Below are positions 15,986-25,808 of a stretch of DNA of 56,441 bases, in pieces. This stretch comes from Parcubacteria group bacterium GW2011_GWA2_43_13 (GTDB lineage: Bacteria > Patescibacteriota > Patescibacteriia > UBA9629 > GWA2-43-13). The notes under the pieces were generated by a model. It was not told the DNA's origin, searched no databases, and saw only the letters and a list, made by a program, of their open reading frames with translations. Numbering within the stretch: position 1 is the first letter of the stretch; each line of letters starts with the position of its first letter. The translations under genes and the position numbers were made by a program. The stretch lies in assembly GCA_000999025.1 (NCBI GenBank), contig LCFM01000009.1:1-56441 (forward strand), written 5' to 3'.

Positions 15986-18628
15986 TTACTCCTTCATCAG
16001 CTCATTCAATGCTTGACGGGTTTTACCAGAAACACTGCCCCACTCTTCGCTCCATTCGTTTGCTAATCCAAACCTCAACTGAAACTCTCGAACTGCTTGC
16101 TGGGTCATATCGCCGTACACACCAGTTACTAACCCCTGCGGATACACGCTTGAGCCGAACTTCTTCAAAAAACCCTGCACCGCTTTCACTTGCTCACCGC
16201 GAGAACCAACGCCCATATCTTCAGTTACAACATCAGCTCGCTCAACCACGCCTTTTACCGATCCCTTTACAGCAACAGTTTTTGCGGCTTTCAGCGTGGC
16301 ACTCACAACAGAATACGTTGTCCCCTCTTGCATGATTTTCGCGTCAATCGCGTCATTCTTTTTCAGTGCGGTCAAAGATACTTTAATGCCATTGCGTACA
16401 ACTTTCAATTTAGGATCAATCTTCAGTACAATGGTCTTTTTCACAATAACTTTTAATGACGCAGTTGTTACTTGAACCTGTAATGTGGCATTCGCCAACC
16501 GAACATCAGTGACAACGCCCTTTATCGTTGCTTGCACTTTTGTGGATAGTGCCTTTGCTTTCACTTTACCAAGTAACCCCTTCCCCTTAACTGCTATTTT
16601 TGACTGGACAATATTTGCTGATTCATTGCCTGCTTTATCCACTGCCCGCACTGTGTAAAAATACGTCGCGCCACGCGGCACTCCGCTATCAGTATATGCT
16701 TTTCCTGACACCTCATTTGCAACAACATCGCCAATAACTCCCGATTTTTTGGAACGATACAATTTAATGTATTTAAGATCTTTATCTTTGGGATTTTCCC
16801 AGGCAAGCGCAATCCCCGCTGTAGTAACACGAACTTTCACTTTTTGCGGATCCGCTGGCGGAGCTGTATCAGTTCGAGCGATAATCGCAAACCGCGTTAA
16901 GTGCGCGACAGATCCGGTAACCACATGATTTACTTCATCAACTACTGAGTTGGTAATCTCCTGCCACGCGGAACTTGTCTCATCCCAATACCGTAAACTC
17001 AAATCCCGAGGGACTAAACCAAATCGCGTCATATCTACCGGGTTGTATGGTACAGACACAGTGAGTTCAGAATTAAAGGTATTCACTTCCTGTCCTGTTT
17101 GCGTGCGCACTTCAATCTCGTACCCAAAGCCCACAACCCTATCTGCGCCTTGCGAAGGAGTAATCACTTGCGGGGTAATGGAAAGATTCACTGCTTCTGT
17201 TGCGCCAACCGCATTCGGTGGCATAACCACTTTTACTCTATCCTCGCCTGTTACAACAGTCATCTGATCCGGATCCGCAGATGCGGTTACCGGTTCCGGA
17301 AGCTTTACCCCTAATGGAGAAAGATCTAATTGAACCTCGGTTGCTTTACCTGAAACAACTTTTATCGCTGTTTCGCTTGATTTATAGGTGTCGCGCTTCA
17401 ATTCTGTCATTGCCACAATATGCCACACATCTTCGCCTGCAACTTTCAGCGTATACACGCCGTCCTCTTTTGCGTATCCTTCCACATATCCGCCTTTATT
17501 AGACCATGCCCACACAAACCCCCATGTCGGCACTCCGGCAATGGTTACTTTCCCGGAAATCACTGTTGCTTTTGAGCGCAGGGTCAATGTTACACGCGTC
17601 GGCTCATCACCAGACACACTCACCTTTTGTTCTTCCGGATTCGTAAACCCAAATGAGGGAGGAACAAATGCGCGGACATAATATGTGCCCGGCTTTACCA
17701 AAAATCGAAACGCTCCATCCGTGTCGCTGGTTACACCATTTAAATACCTCAGAGAACTTACTGCTTCTTTGGTAAACTGGGCAAATCCTTGACTGGAAAT
17801 TGCAACCCATACGCCGGAAACAGGTTTGCCATTCATATCAACAATCGTGCCACTCACCTCGCCTGACGCGACTGTTACTGCCAAATCCACTGATTCAATC
17901 TGGCCTGATTTTACTGTAATTTTTCGATCTTCTTTTGAACGATGATACTTACCTGCGGTATCATCAATATCATATCCGATAAACCATGTTCCTGCAGGAA
18001 CCGATAATTTATAATACCCCTTAATAGTATCAACTTGCGCGCTGTACCACCCTCCATTACTTCCTGATGCAAACACTTTAAACGGAACATTGATCACTTT
18101 TTCACCTTGCGAATCTACCAAATACCCCACAATCGCGGCGCTTTGTTCTTCATTCACAAAAATTTCAATATTCTTTGTTTCATTGCCAATAATTTCAACC
18201 ACCACGGGTTCGCTGATCGTGTATTTTACTGTGCCAGGTAATTCCGGTTTTAATATATACACTCCGTTTGGCAAACGCACGTTAAACGCGCCATGCTCAA
18301 TAGGAGCGCCCATCGGGAGCCGCTCCCCGCTTTTGCTTGTTACACTGATAAATCCATACACATCGCCCAACACCTCGCCGCCTTTCTTTTTCACAACACC
18401 TGCAACTCCTCCGCCTGCTTCTACTATCACAAAATTAATACCTCCGACTGAACGAGCCCCCACTTTTACAAATTGAGGCCTTACTGCTGTGGTGTATTCT
18501 TGCGTTGCAGTTGACGCAGTATGGAGCCCAACAGTCCAATCACCCGGGGATACGCGCAAACTGTATCTCCCATTCACATCAGTTGCAATGTAACTGGTAT
18601 CTGACGAATTCATTTTCCACGCGCTCAC
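15986..18628 (-). CDS. Large cell-surface protein: CarboxypepD_reg/Ig-like and FN3-like repeats with a C-terminal peptidoglycan-binding domain
   Basis: It has repeated TDxxGxYxL..pGxY beta-sandwich signatures and an FN3-like segment (PPADPQKVKV...YFYTVRAVDKAGNES). The C-terminus, GEQVKAVQGFLKKFG...GVYGDMTQQAVREFQLRFGL, is PG_binding_1-like. The likelier start is ATG 18613, after AAGGTGA. Confidence 0.7.
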   Translation of the reverse strand: MSAWKMNSSDTSYIATDVNGRYSLRVSPGDWTVGLHTASTATQEYTTAVRPQFVKVGARSVGGINFVIVEAGGGVAGVVKKKGGEVLGDVYGFISVTSKSGERLPMGAPIEHGAFNVRLPNGVYILKPELPGTVKYTISEPVVVEIIGNETKNIEIFVNEEQSAAIVGYLVDSQGEKVINVPFKVFASGSNGGWYSAQVDTIKGYYKLSVPAGTWFIGYDIDDTAGKYHRSKEDRKITVKSGQIESVDLAVTVASGEVSGTIVDMNGKPVSGVWVAISSQGFAQFTKEAVSSLRYLNGVTSDTDGAFRFLVKPGTYYVRAFVPPSFGFTNPEEQKVSVSGDEPTRVTLTLRSKATVISGKVTIAGVPTWGFVWAWSNKGGYVEGYAKEDGVYTLKVAGEDVWHIVAMTELKRDTYKSSETAIKVVSGKATEVQLDLSPLGVKLPEPVTASADPDQMTVVTGEDRVKVVMPPNAVGATEAVNLSITPQVITPSQGADRVVGFGYEIEVRTQTGQEVNTFNSELTVSVPYNPVDMTRFGLVPRDLSLRYWDETSSAWQEITNSVVDEVNHVVTGSVAHLTRFAIIARTDTAPPADPQKVKVRVTTAGIALAWENPKDKDLKYIKLYRSKKSGVIGDVVANEVSGKAYTDSGVPRGATYFYTVRAVDKAGNESANIVQSKIAVKGKGLLGKVKAKALSTKVQATIKGVVTDVRLANATLQVQVTTASLKVIVKKTIVLKIDPKLKVVRNGIKVSLTALKKNDAIDAKIMQEGTTYSVVSATLKAAKTVAVKGSVKGVVERADVVTEDMGVGSRGEQVKAVQGFLKKFGSSVYPQGLVTGVYGDMTQQAVREFQLRFGLANEWSEEWGSVSGKTRQALNELMKE

Positions 18629-18630
18629 CT

Positions 18631-21600
18631 TTACACCAGAAACGGAGGAGATGATAGCGCAGAATCGCTCACATCAACATATAATTTATATGTTCCAGGC
18701 GTAACGCTTGTAAAAAATCTTCCTCCTGCGGTAACCCCTGCTGTGATAGAGGTGCCAGATGTTCCAATCAACCGAACAGTAGCAATACCGGCAGGAATGT
18801 ACTCGCCATCAGAACGCGTAACCACACCGCTCACAGTTGTTGAAAGCGTCTGTGCCGGCACAGTAAAATCAACTACTTTTACATTCCCTTCACTCTCGAC
18901 TGAAATTTCTTTTGCCGGCTGGGTATATACCCACGTTGCTGTTGATTGCGGAGTTGCGTACGACCATGTGCCATACCCGCCATATCCTCCGCGCGGACGC
19001 AAGGATACCATCCATATTCCAGAACTAACAGTTAATGAATAGTCCCCTGTTTGAGTTGTTGACGCCGATACCCAACCGCCGGAACTATCTCTGCGATACG
19101 CAGACACCTCGCCATCTGCCACAGGAGTGCCGTCGCTAAAGACCACTTTACCTCTAATCATTGCAGTAGAACTTTTGAACACAAAATTCACTGTCTTGGT
19201 TGCTCCTGCTGTAAGTTCTACTGCCTCGCTTGCAGGTCGCATTAAATTACCTGCAGATGACGGCGAATATACTTCTACCATCACACTTCCTGCGCTTACA
19301 TTTGAAAGCGTATATTCTCCTGCGTTGTTTGTTTGCGTTGTCCAGTATCCGGAACCGGAAAAAGACGAACGCGCCGTAACAGTAGCATACGCCACAGGCG
19401 ATCCAGTGCTATCTTTAACACCACCGGTGATCGTTGCGCCTCCTTGCGTCGGTTCTGTCGCGCCTACAATAAAAGTATATGCCGAGGAAAGCGTTTCAAG
19501 GCCTGACTGATTTCTGACACGCACACGATAATAATATGTTGAACCAGCAGTCAAACCATATAAAAACCCTGTTTGGGTCATAGCGTACGCAGTTGTCCAT
19601 TCAGTATTATTGGAATAAGAAGAAGTTAACCCATACTCAATTTTCCCAACTGTTGGATCATCTGTATTCCACATTATCTGCACTTGCGCTTGCGTATTCA
19701 TCACAACACTCACACTGCCTATCACCGGAGCAGTCATATCTTGAGACGGCGTTGTAGTGCGCGACAAAATAATGTCTGTACTTGATGTAACGCTTGAGGT
19801 CAATGTTACAGAAACTCCTGATGGAGAATACAAATCAGTTCTGCTTGACGGAGGAGAAGCGCTTAACTGGTACGTTCCGGCCGCGATATTTGAAAATGTA
19901 TATGTTCCATCAACTCCGGTATATCCGGAAGCAGACCCATATCCGCCATACCCTGTAGAAGCACCGGTACTGCTCTGCGAAAGCCAAACAGATGATCCGC
20001 TTACAATCGCATTATCAGGCGCGGCTTTTACCGTTACTCTCAAATGCGCAGTCCCGGAAGGTAAACTCCCGGTGGTGGTTGTTGAACGCGGGAGTGTTAT
20101 ATTCACATCAGGATTTGAACCGCTTACCAATGTTATTGGATAATTAGTCATATATCCCAAATCAGTTCTTGTAGTTGGCGGAGAAACACCGATGTTATAG
20201 GATCCTGCGGAAAGATTTGTAAAGGTATAGCTCCCATCACTGCCTGATGTTCCGCTTGAGTATCCTGATGAGCCCGCAGTAGTACTGCCTAAAGAAATCA
20301 TAGCCCCGGAAACAGTTGAATTATCAATAACAGATTTCACCCATACTTTTACCGTTGCTATTCCTGTTGTAGGTGTTTGAGTATCTTGACTAACAGCTGT
20401 TACTGCGGTTGTTGTTACAGACGCGGTATTCTGCACTCCTGCTGAATTTTGCGCGTACGCGCGGATATAATAGGTAGTAAGTGGCGCCAACCCGGTTAAT
20501 GTTACAACTGGCGATGTACTTAATGTAGTTGTCCATGCTGTAAATGTGCCATAGCTTTGCGTTGTACCATATTCAATCCGACCATACACCGATTGATCAG
20601 AACCCCATGTAATATCCAACGATGTGCTTAAAATATTTTGACTGCGTACGTTAGTAATAGTAGGAGCAGTACTTGTCGTTGTACTCTTTGCTGTCAAAGA
20701 AATCTCTTGATTTGATGTTGCGCCAGAAGTTAAAGTAACAACATATGAGGTAACATAATTTAAATCATTACTCCGAGACGATGGTGGAGAAACCCCTAAA
20801 TAGTAACTCCCAGAGGCAAGATTGGAAAATGTATAACTTCCATCAGTAGCAGTGTATCCGGTACCCACATTGCTCCACGTGGAACTACTTAACCCGACAG
20901 CGGCTCCTGAAAGAAGCGTGCCAGAAGAATCCCGCACAACAACGCGCAATCCTGCAGTGCCACTCGTCGAATTATTTGTATTCGTTGTTGAAGAAGAGAG
21001 CGTTTCAAACGCACCTGCAGGGGTTGTGGTGATATTCCCATTCATATCCCGAGCAACAAGGCGATAACTATAGATTGTTACTGGCGTTAACCCGGTAAGC
21101 GGAACAAACACAGTAGAACTACCGCCTGGGGTCATATATACTTCTGGACTGGTCATTGAAAAACTACCAGATGGCCCATACTCAACTTTGACATAGCTAT
21201 TTTCATTTACCGATGTGTAGACCGATGCGCTTGATGACGTAATGCCTGATATGGAACCCCCGGAAACTGAGGGAGGGGTTGTATCTTGAGGTGTCAGCGT
21301 TGTAAACGACCACGTATATGATGTTGAGGTGTTGCCCATGGAATCGCGCGCAACAGCACGGTAGCTATAAGTAGTACTACTTAAAAGACCAGTCAGTTGA
21401 AATGTTGCAGGAGCACTGGCAACCATTGCAGTTTCTGATGTTGATTGCGAAAACGTATTATTAGGACCGTATTCGATTTTTCCATACCCTGCTTCATCTA
21501 TACTGAATTGAACTGTTGCAGATCCTTCCGTAATCGCGGAACCAGAAAGACCTGTTGCTGTTGGAGCAGTAGTATCAGCAGGCGGGGCGACATACTCTGT

Positions 21601-21996
21601 AGTGCTAAATGCACCTTCAGGGGCATAGGTGATTTGCCCTGCTGTTGGCGAAGGATATGCCAATGGCCATACTGAAAACCGATATTTATATGACGTATTT
21701 TGGCTTAGACCTGTAAGCGGAATCAAATTCCACGCCACTGATCCATTCGTATGATACCCATTGACCGTGCTTGTATATGAAGAACTTGAGCTTAACCCAT
21801 ATTCTAGTTTCCAATAGCACGTGTCGCCAATACTGTACCTGACATTTGCGCTGTTTGAGGTGATATCCTGCGCGTATGTGCTGTAAATTGTTACATTTGC
21901 AGTTCCGGCAAACAGTACACCTGCAGGTAATACAAGCTGGAGTATCATAGCCAGCATAAGTATGCGGACACAATATTTGAATACTATTTTTTTCAT
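18631..21996 (-). CDS. Giant secreted repeat protein (1121 aa): signal peptide plus alternating FN3-like and CarboxypepD_reg-like modules
   Basis: The N-terminal hydrophobic signal is ILMLAMILQLVLPAGVLFA. There are at least 4 repeats of the ...IEYG....Y.....T.L..LT.L...T.YYYR.. and ...DGSYTFSNL.AGSY.L.VSPPS.R.. types. Confidence 0.7.
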   Translation of the reverse strand: MKKIVFKYCVRILMLAMILQLVLPAGVLFAGTANVTIYSTYAQDITSNSANVRYSIGDTCYWKLEYGLSSSSSYTSTVNGYHTNGSVAWNLIPLTGLSQNTSYKYRFSVWPLAYPSPTAGQITYAPEGAFSTTEYVAPPADTTAPTATGLSGSAITEGSATVQFSIDEAGYGKIEYGPNNTFSQSTSETAMVASAPATFQLTGLLSSTTYSYRAVARDSMGNTSTSYTWSFTTLTPQDTTPPSVSGGSISGITSSSASVYTSVNENSYVKVEYGPSGSFSMTSPEVYMTPGGSSTVFVPLTGLTPVTIYSYRLVARDMNGNITTTPAGAFETLSSSTTNTNNSTSGTAGLRVVVRDSSGTLLSGAAVGLSSSTWSNVGTGYTATDGSYTFSNLASGSYYLGVSPPSSRSNDLNYVTSYVVTLTSGATSNQEISLTAKSTTTSTAPTITNVRSQNILSTSLDITWGSDQSVYGRIEYGTTQSYGTFTAWTTTLSTSPVVTLTGLAPLTTYYIRAYAQNSAGVQNTASVTTTAVTAVSQDTQTPTTGIATVKVWVKSVIDNSTVSGAMISLGSTTAGSSGYSSGTSGSDGSYTFTNLSAGSYNIGVSPPTTRTDLGYMTNYPITLVSGSNPDVNITLPRSTTTTGSLPSGTAHLRVTVKAAPDNAIVSGSSVWLSQSSTGASTGYGGYGSASGYTGVDGTYTFSNIAAGTYQLSASPPSSRTDLYSPSGVSVTLTSSVTSSTDIILSRTTTPSQDMTAPVIGSVSVVMNTQAQVQIMWNTDDPTVGKIEYGLTSSYSNNTEWTTAYAMTQTGFLYGLTAGSTYYYRVRVRNQSGLETLSSAYTFIVGATEPTQGGATITGGVKDSTGSPVAYATVTARSSFSGSGYWTTQTNNAGEYTLSNVSAGSVMVEVYSPSSAGNLMRPASEAVELTAGATKTVNFVFKSSTAMIRGKVVFSDGTPVADGEVSAYRRDSSGGWVSASTTQTGDYSLTVSSGIWMVSLRPRGGYGGYGTWSYATPQSTATWVYTQPAKEISVESEGNVKVVDFTVPAQTLSTTVSGVVTRSDGEYIPAGIATVRLIGTSGTSITAGVTAGGRFFTSVTPGTYKLYVDVSDSALSSPPFLV

Positions 21997-22116
21997 AGAA
22001 AAAATATCGGTTCCATGTCTATCTCTCTATACCCATTCCATGTCCCCTATTATTAAAAGTACTTTCATTATACAAAACATATCTTTAAATATGAAGAGTG
22101 GATAACTCTTACTCGC

Positions 22117-22770
22117 TTACAAACCAAGGTGCCGATACAATTGCTGATCTAACCATGTTGTTATTTTCATATCAGCGATCGAGGTATCGCCGTGATCCCA
22201 TCGGGGATCAAGTATTGCAATCGTATATGAGCCACTCGCCTTTGCCGCGGCAAGCCCATGGGTACTATCTTCAAAAATAACAACTTCATCTGGCGATACA
22301 TCATATGTTTTAATAAGATATTGGAACACCGCAGGATCCGGCTTGCCCGGCAGGCCCAATGATTGCGTAGAAGCGCACACAGGAATCATTTCTTCAAGAT
22401 GAAATCGTTTTCGGACAAGATTGATACACTCATCAGGAGAGGATGATCCGATACTCATAGGAATGCCATGTTGGTGCAGTGCTTCAATACATTCACGCGC
22501 GCCAGGTAAGAGCTGACACGCTGTTTCATAAATATATTTTGACGCTTGAGTATAACACTCGAGTACATATTCAAATGATAACAACGGATTGCGAGGACGA
22601 ATGATACGATTGTATGTATCAGTAATATTAAGACCCATTGTTTTTTGTGATAATTCAGGCGTAAGTTCAATGCCAAATTTTTTCAGCACATTCGCTTCAA
22701 TATCATCCCAATGAATCTCCGAATCAATCAATGTGCCATCCATGTCAAAAATAACTGCTTTATAATTCAT
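22117..22770 (-). CDS. HAD-superfamily hydrolase (beta-phosphoglucomutase/phosphatase-like)
   Basis: The N-terminal AVIFDMDGTLIDSE (DxDGT) motif I is present, together with the later HAD motifs. Confidence 0.85.
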   Translation of the reverse strand: MNYKAVIFDMDGTLIDSEIHWDDIEANVLKKFGIELTPELSQKTMGLNITDTYNRIIRPRNPLLSFEYVLECYTQASKYIYETACQLLPGARECIEALHQHGIPMSIGSSSPDECINLVRKRFHLEEMIPVCASTQSLGLPGKPDPAVFQYLIKTYDVSPDEVVIFEDSTHGLAAAKASGSYTIAILDPRWDHGDTSIADMKITTWLDQQLYRHLGL

Positions 22771-22799
22771 AGTCCATAGAGTGTATTTTATTTGCCTTT

Positions 22800-23049
22800 T
22801 TAAATCAACATGGTACCGTAATCAATGACATTTCTATGCAAAACAAACTGATACTTATTATTAATGTATGATCCAGATAACAACTGCACCCATACCGCGC
22901 ACACCACAAACCCGGTGCCATTGATGATTGTGAGCAATAATGCATACGCAATCAATCCAGACGGTGGCCTTGCCAATGTAGCGCCAACAATCTTTGAACT
23001 CCTCAATATCCAAAAACCAAAAGAAATGATTGATTCGCTTATACGGTAA
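22800..23049 (+). pseudogene. gpmI: Relic of 2,3-bisphosphoglycerate-independent phosphoglycerate mutase (C-terminal ~60-80 aa only)
   Basis: The ORF 22864-23049 reads ...THTAHTTNPVPLMIVS....GGLANVAPTIFELLNIQKPKEMIDSLI, which matches the iPGM C-terminus (HTAHTxxPVP...LxDxAPTxLxLLGxxxPxEMTGxSL). A possible shifted DHGN-like piece (NQHGT) lies just upstream. About 450 aa of the gene are missing. Confidence 0.7.
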
Positions 23050-23136
23050 CTTCACCTCCTTTTTTATACTATTGCGCCAATTATGCAGAAATCACGTCAC
23101 ATTGACAGTAATTAAAAATTGATACAGTATTACTAT

Positions 23137-23394
23137 ATGAACACCTTAGTTTCTGTAAAAAACAAGCCGATAGTAGGCACATCTTTGCCGCTTCTTGTAG
23201 AAAAAGGAGAGGATGGATTTTATAGCATAGAATGTCCTATTTTAAGCGGATGTTATACTCAAGGGGCAACACTTGATGAGGCATTACAGAATATCCGAGA
23301 AGTGATAAATCTTTGTTTAGAAGAAAAAGAAAACCAAGAAAAAATGAACGGATACCACCCTCAAGAATTGAGCTTTCATACAATCACCGTTTAA
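23137..23394 (+). CDS. hicB: HicB-family antitoxin
   Basis: FYSIECPILSGCYTQGATLDEALQNIREVINLCLEE is the HicB N-terminal fold pattern. The start is trimmed to ATG 23137. Confidence 0.75.
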   Translation: MNTLVSVKNKPIVGTSLPLLVEKGEDGFYSIECPILSGCYTQGATLDEALQNIREVINLCLEEKENQEKMNGYHPQELSFHTITV

Positions 23395-23395
23395 T

Positions 23396-23620
23396 ATGCC
23401 TCCATTGCCTGTTATTTCCGGAAAACAAGCAATCATAGTATTTGCTAAACTTGGCTATCATGTGGAACGTTCCCGTGGTAGCCATTTTCGTTTACTTTGC
23501 GATAGTAAAAACCCTCTTACCATCCCCATGCACAGCACCCTTGGCAAAGGATTACTGCGTAAATTAATACGAGACGCGGAAATATCAGTAAAGCAATTCA
23601 TTCACCTTCTCAATGGCTAA
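23396..23620 (+). CDS. hicA: HicA toxin
   Basis: SGKQAIIVFAKLGYHVERSRGSHFRL........IPMHSTLGKGLLRKLIRDAEIS is the HicA pattern. It starts 1 nt after the hicB stop. Confidence 0.8.
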   Translation: MPPLPVISGKQAIIVFAKLGYHVERSRGSHFRLLCDSKNPLTIPMHSTLGKGLLRKLIRDAEISVKQFIHLLNG

Positions 23621-23635
23621 CTCTCAAAATTCATT

Positions 23636-24085
23636 ATGCCCAAACAACTTACATTGTGCATCGTGCACCAAAATGGGAAGGTGCTGTTGGGCATGAAAAA
23701 ACGGGGTTTTGGAAAGGGTAAATGGAATGGGTTTGGCGGCAAGGTGCATGAAGGAGAAACTATTGAGGAAGCGGCACGGCGCGAATTGCACGAAGAATGT
23801 GGCGTCATTCCCCGCGACCTTATCAAACGCGGGATACTTACCTTTATTGGAGAAGATGAACATGATTTAGAAATTCATATTTTTGAAATACCAGAATTTG
23901 AAGGCACGCCGCGAGAAACCGAGGAAATGAGGCCTCAATGGTTTGATGAGAATAACATCCCATTTAACCAAATGTGGATAGATGATCAGTACTGGTTCCC
24001 TTTATTTTTAAAGGGCAAAATGTTTACTGGAATATTTGTATTTAAAAATGACGAGATTGTTGAATATACTTTAAACATCGTATAA
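23636..24085 (+). CDS. Nudix hydrolase (MutT/8-oxo-dGTPase-like)
   Basis: The Nudix box is GKWNGFGGKVHEGETIEEAARRELHEECG. Confidence 0.85.
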   Translation: MPKQLTLCIVHQNGKVLLGMKKRGFGKGKWNGFGGKVHEGETIEEAARRELHEECGVIPRDLIKRGILTFIGEDEHDLEIHIFEIPEFEGTPRETEEMRPQWFDENNIPFNQMWIDDQYWFPLFLKGKMFTGIFVFKNDEIVEYTLNIV

Positions 24086-24122
24086 GGTATACTATTAAGC
24101 GTGAAGTAATAGTATCCTTTCT

Positions 24123-25049
24123 ATGGAACACAATAATAACCATATTCATCGTGGTATTATCGGTATTGTTGGAGGCATTTTTATTCTCGTGATCGGAGTG
24201 TATTTACTTGCGCGCATGCAAAATACGCCTCAACAACCACAACAAGATACTGCAATCTGCACGCAAGATGCAAAAATGTGTTGGGATGGAAGTTTTGTCA
24301 GCAGACAAGGTCAATCATGCGAATTTACTCCTTGCCCAGATGTTATTACTGAAAACGCGGTGATTAAAGTTACTGAACCTGTTCCATTTGCCAAAGTTGG
24401 CCTTCCTATAACCATCAAAGGAGAAGCCCGTACATTTGAATCAACCGTAAATATCCGCCTTACCAACAGTGATAAAAGTATTTTGACTGAAGACATTGCT
24501 ATGGCACAGGTACCGGATAGTGGCATCTTTGGTCCATTCTCAATAGAACTTTCATATCCAAAACCCAAAACAAATCAGGGATTTGTTGAAGTATTTGAAT
24601 ATTCGGCAAAAGATGGAGCAGAGATATCAAAAATCACTATTCCCATCACCTTTGCTCAACAAGATACAACGACAGTATCACTCTTTTTTAACAATACCTC
24701 GCATGACCCCAATCTACCTGATTGTAGTATTGTGTACCCTATTGAACGACGCATTGCTGTAACAGGCGATACAAACCTTCAAGCTATAAAAGAACTTATC
24801 AAAGGCCCCTCCCTCATCGAACAAACTGCGGGGTATATTTCAAGTATTCCTCAAACCGCAAAACTCAACACTATAACCAGTGAAAATAATAACATTATTG
24901 TAGATTTTTCCAATCTTGATATCCAGGGAGGATCATGCGCAGTCATGGCAGTACGGGCACAAATCATAGAAACTATCAAAGCGCTCACACAAATAGAGAA
25001 TATAACTATCTCCATACAAGGAGAAACCGAGGATATTCTCCAACCCTAA
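24123..25049 (+). CDS. Membrane-anchored Gmad2 Ig-like plus GerMN-domain protein
   Basis: An N-terminal TM helix is followed by an Ig-like segment (IKVTEPVPFAKVGLPITIKGEARTFESTVNIRL). The GerM-like C-terminal part (VSLFFNN......C..VYPIERRI......AIKELIKGPS) follows. Confidence 0.6.
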   Translation: MEHNNNHIHRGIIGIVGGIFILVIGVYLLARMQNTPQQPQQDTAICTQDAKMCWDGSFVSRQGQSCEFTPCPDVITENAVIKVTEPVPFAKVGLPITIKGEARTFESTVNIRLTNSDKSILTEDIAMAQVPDSGIFGPFSIELSYPKPKTNQGFVEVFEYSAKDGAEISKITIPITFAQQDTTTVSLFFNNTSHDPNLPDCSIVYPIERRIAVTGDTNLQAIKELIKGPSLIEQTAGYISSIPQTAKLNTITSENNNIIVDFSNLDIQGGSCAVMAVRAQIIETIKALTQIENITISIQGETEDILQP

Positions 25050-25053
25050 TACT

Positions 25054-25320
25054 ATGCCTCCACATAAACGATTTCGATACAGAATTATTCAAGGAGAAGT
25101 GGCGACAGAACAAGGAAACATTCCCAATGTGGTATGGCGCGGCGATAATCCACAAGAATTCATACCCCCTAATCGCCTTCTTGCGTATACAGAACAACCT
25201 CCGTTCGTTTTAGAAGAGCTCACTGAAAACTGCTGGATTCACCGCGAGTGGAGCGAGGTCGGCATGAAACCATTTGAAACAGAGCCGATCGAACCTCTCC
25301 CCTCACCATCAAAACTCTAA
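25054..25320 (+). CDS. Hypothetical protein (88 aa)
   Basis: ORF only; it lies close behind the previous gene. Confidence 0.35.
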   Translation: MPPHKRFRYRIIQGEVATEQGNIPNVVWRGDNPQEFIPPNRLLAYTEQPPFVLEELTENCWIHREWSEVGMKPFETEPIEPLPSPSKL

Positions 25321-25389
25321 CTTTCGTCTTTACTTGACATTTTCCCTCCTATACCATATACTCACTTCAACGCATTAAAGCAATGAAGT

Positions 25390-25683
25390 ATGGAAACAAT
25401 AGAAAAAAAGCTTCAAACAAAGACAATGCAAAACTTTTTGCAAGCTATTTTAGCGCTCAAAAATGAAAAAGAAGCTCTCGCATTTTTGCGAGATGTATTA
25501 ACAGTGGAGGAACTCATGGATGCCAGCCGCAGGTGGCAAGTTGCGCAAATGCTTTCGCAGGATAAAACATTCAGAGAAATTGAAGAAAAAACCAACATGA
25601 GTTCTGCAACCATTTCCCGTATCAATTACTGGTTGCATCATGGCATGGGCGGATATCAGCTCATGCTTAAGCGATTTTCTTAA
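25390..25683 (+). CDS. YerC/YecD-family TrpR-like DNA-binding protein
   Basis: FLQAILALKNEKEALAFLRDVLTVEELMDASRRWQVAQML...TFREIEEKTNMSSATISRIN matches B. subtilis YerC closely, as I remember it. Confidence 0.8.
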   Translation: METIEKKLQTKTMQNFLQAILALKNEKEALAFLRDVLTVEELMDASRRWQVAQMLSQDKTFREIEEKTNMSSATISRINYWLHHGMGGYQLMLKRFS

Positions 25684-25749
25684 TCACTACGTCTTTCTAA
25701 AGACGCGTAAAAATCTCTTACATATGGGCTGGTGTCGAAGCCCATACCC

Positions 25750-25775
25750 AATACCCCGCTTCGGGGTATTTTTCG
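25750..25775 (+). terminator. Rho-independent terminator
   Basis: AATACCCCG-CTT-CGGGGTATT followed by TTT. Confidence 0.65.
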
Positions 25776-25808
25776 TTCTTTACGCACGCACCAATAAGGA
25801 GAATCTCT

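Noticed and set aside
15901-18476. Plus-strand ORFs (for example 15901-16335, 16950-17267, 18090-18476) opposite the surface-protein gene, and similar ones at 18743-21675.
   Set aside because: They are antisense to long, repeat-structured genes with clear domain signatures, and they have no supporting motifs.
18613-18633. The two giant surface-protein ORFs as one gene broken by a stop or frameshift.
   Set aside because: The frames differ. The downstream ORF has its own AAGGTGA SD 12 nt before ATG 18613. Adjacent, possibly coupled, genes are the simpler reading, although a broken single gene cannot be excluded without homologues.
22800-23055. Minus-strand ORFs 22800-23006 and 22861-23055.
   Set aside because: They overlap the gpmI relic, whose + frame has an unmistakable iPGM C-terminal match. 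The minus frames have no features.
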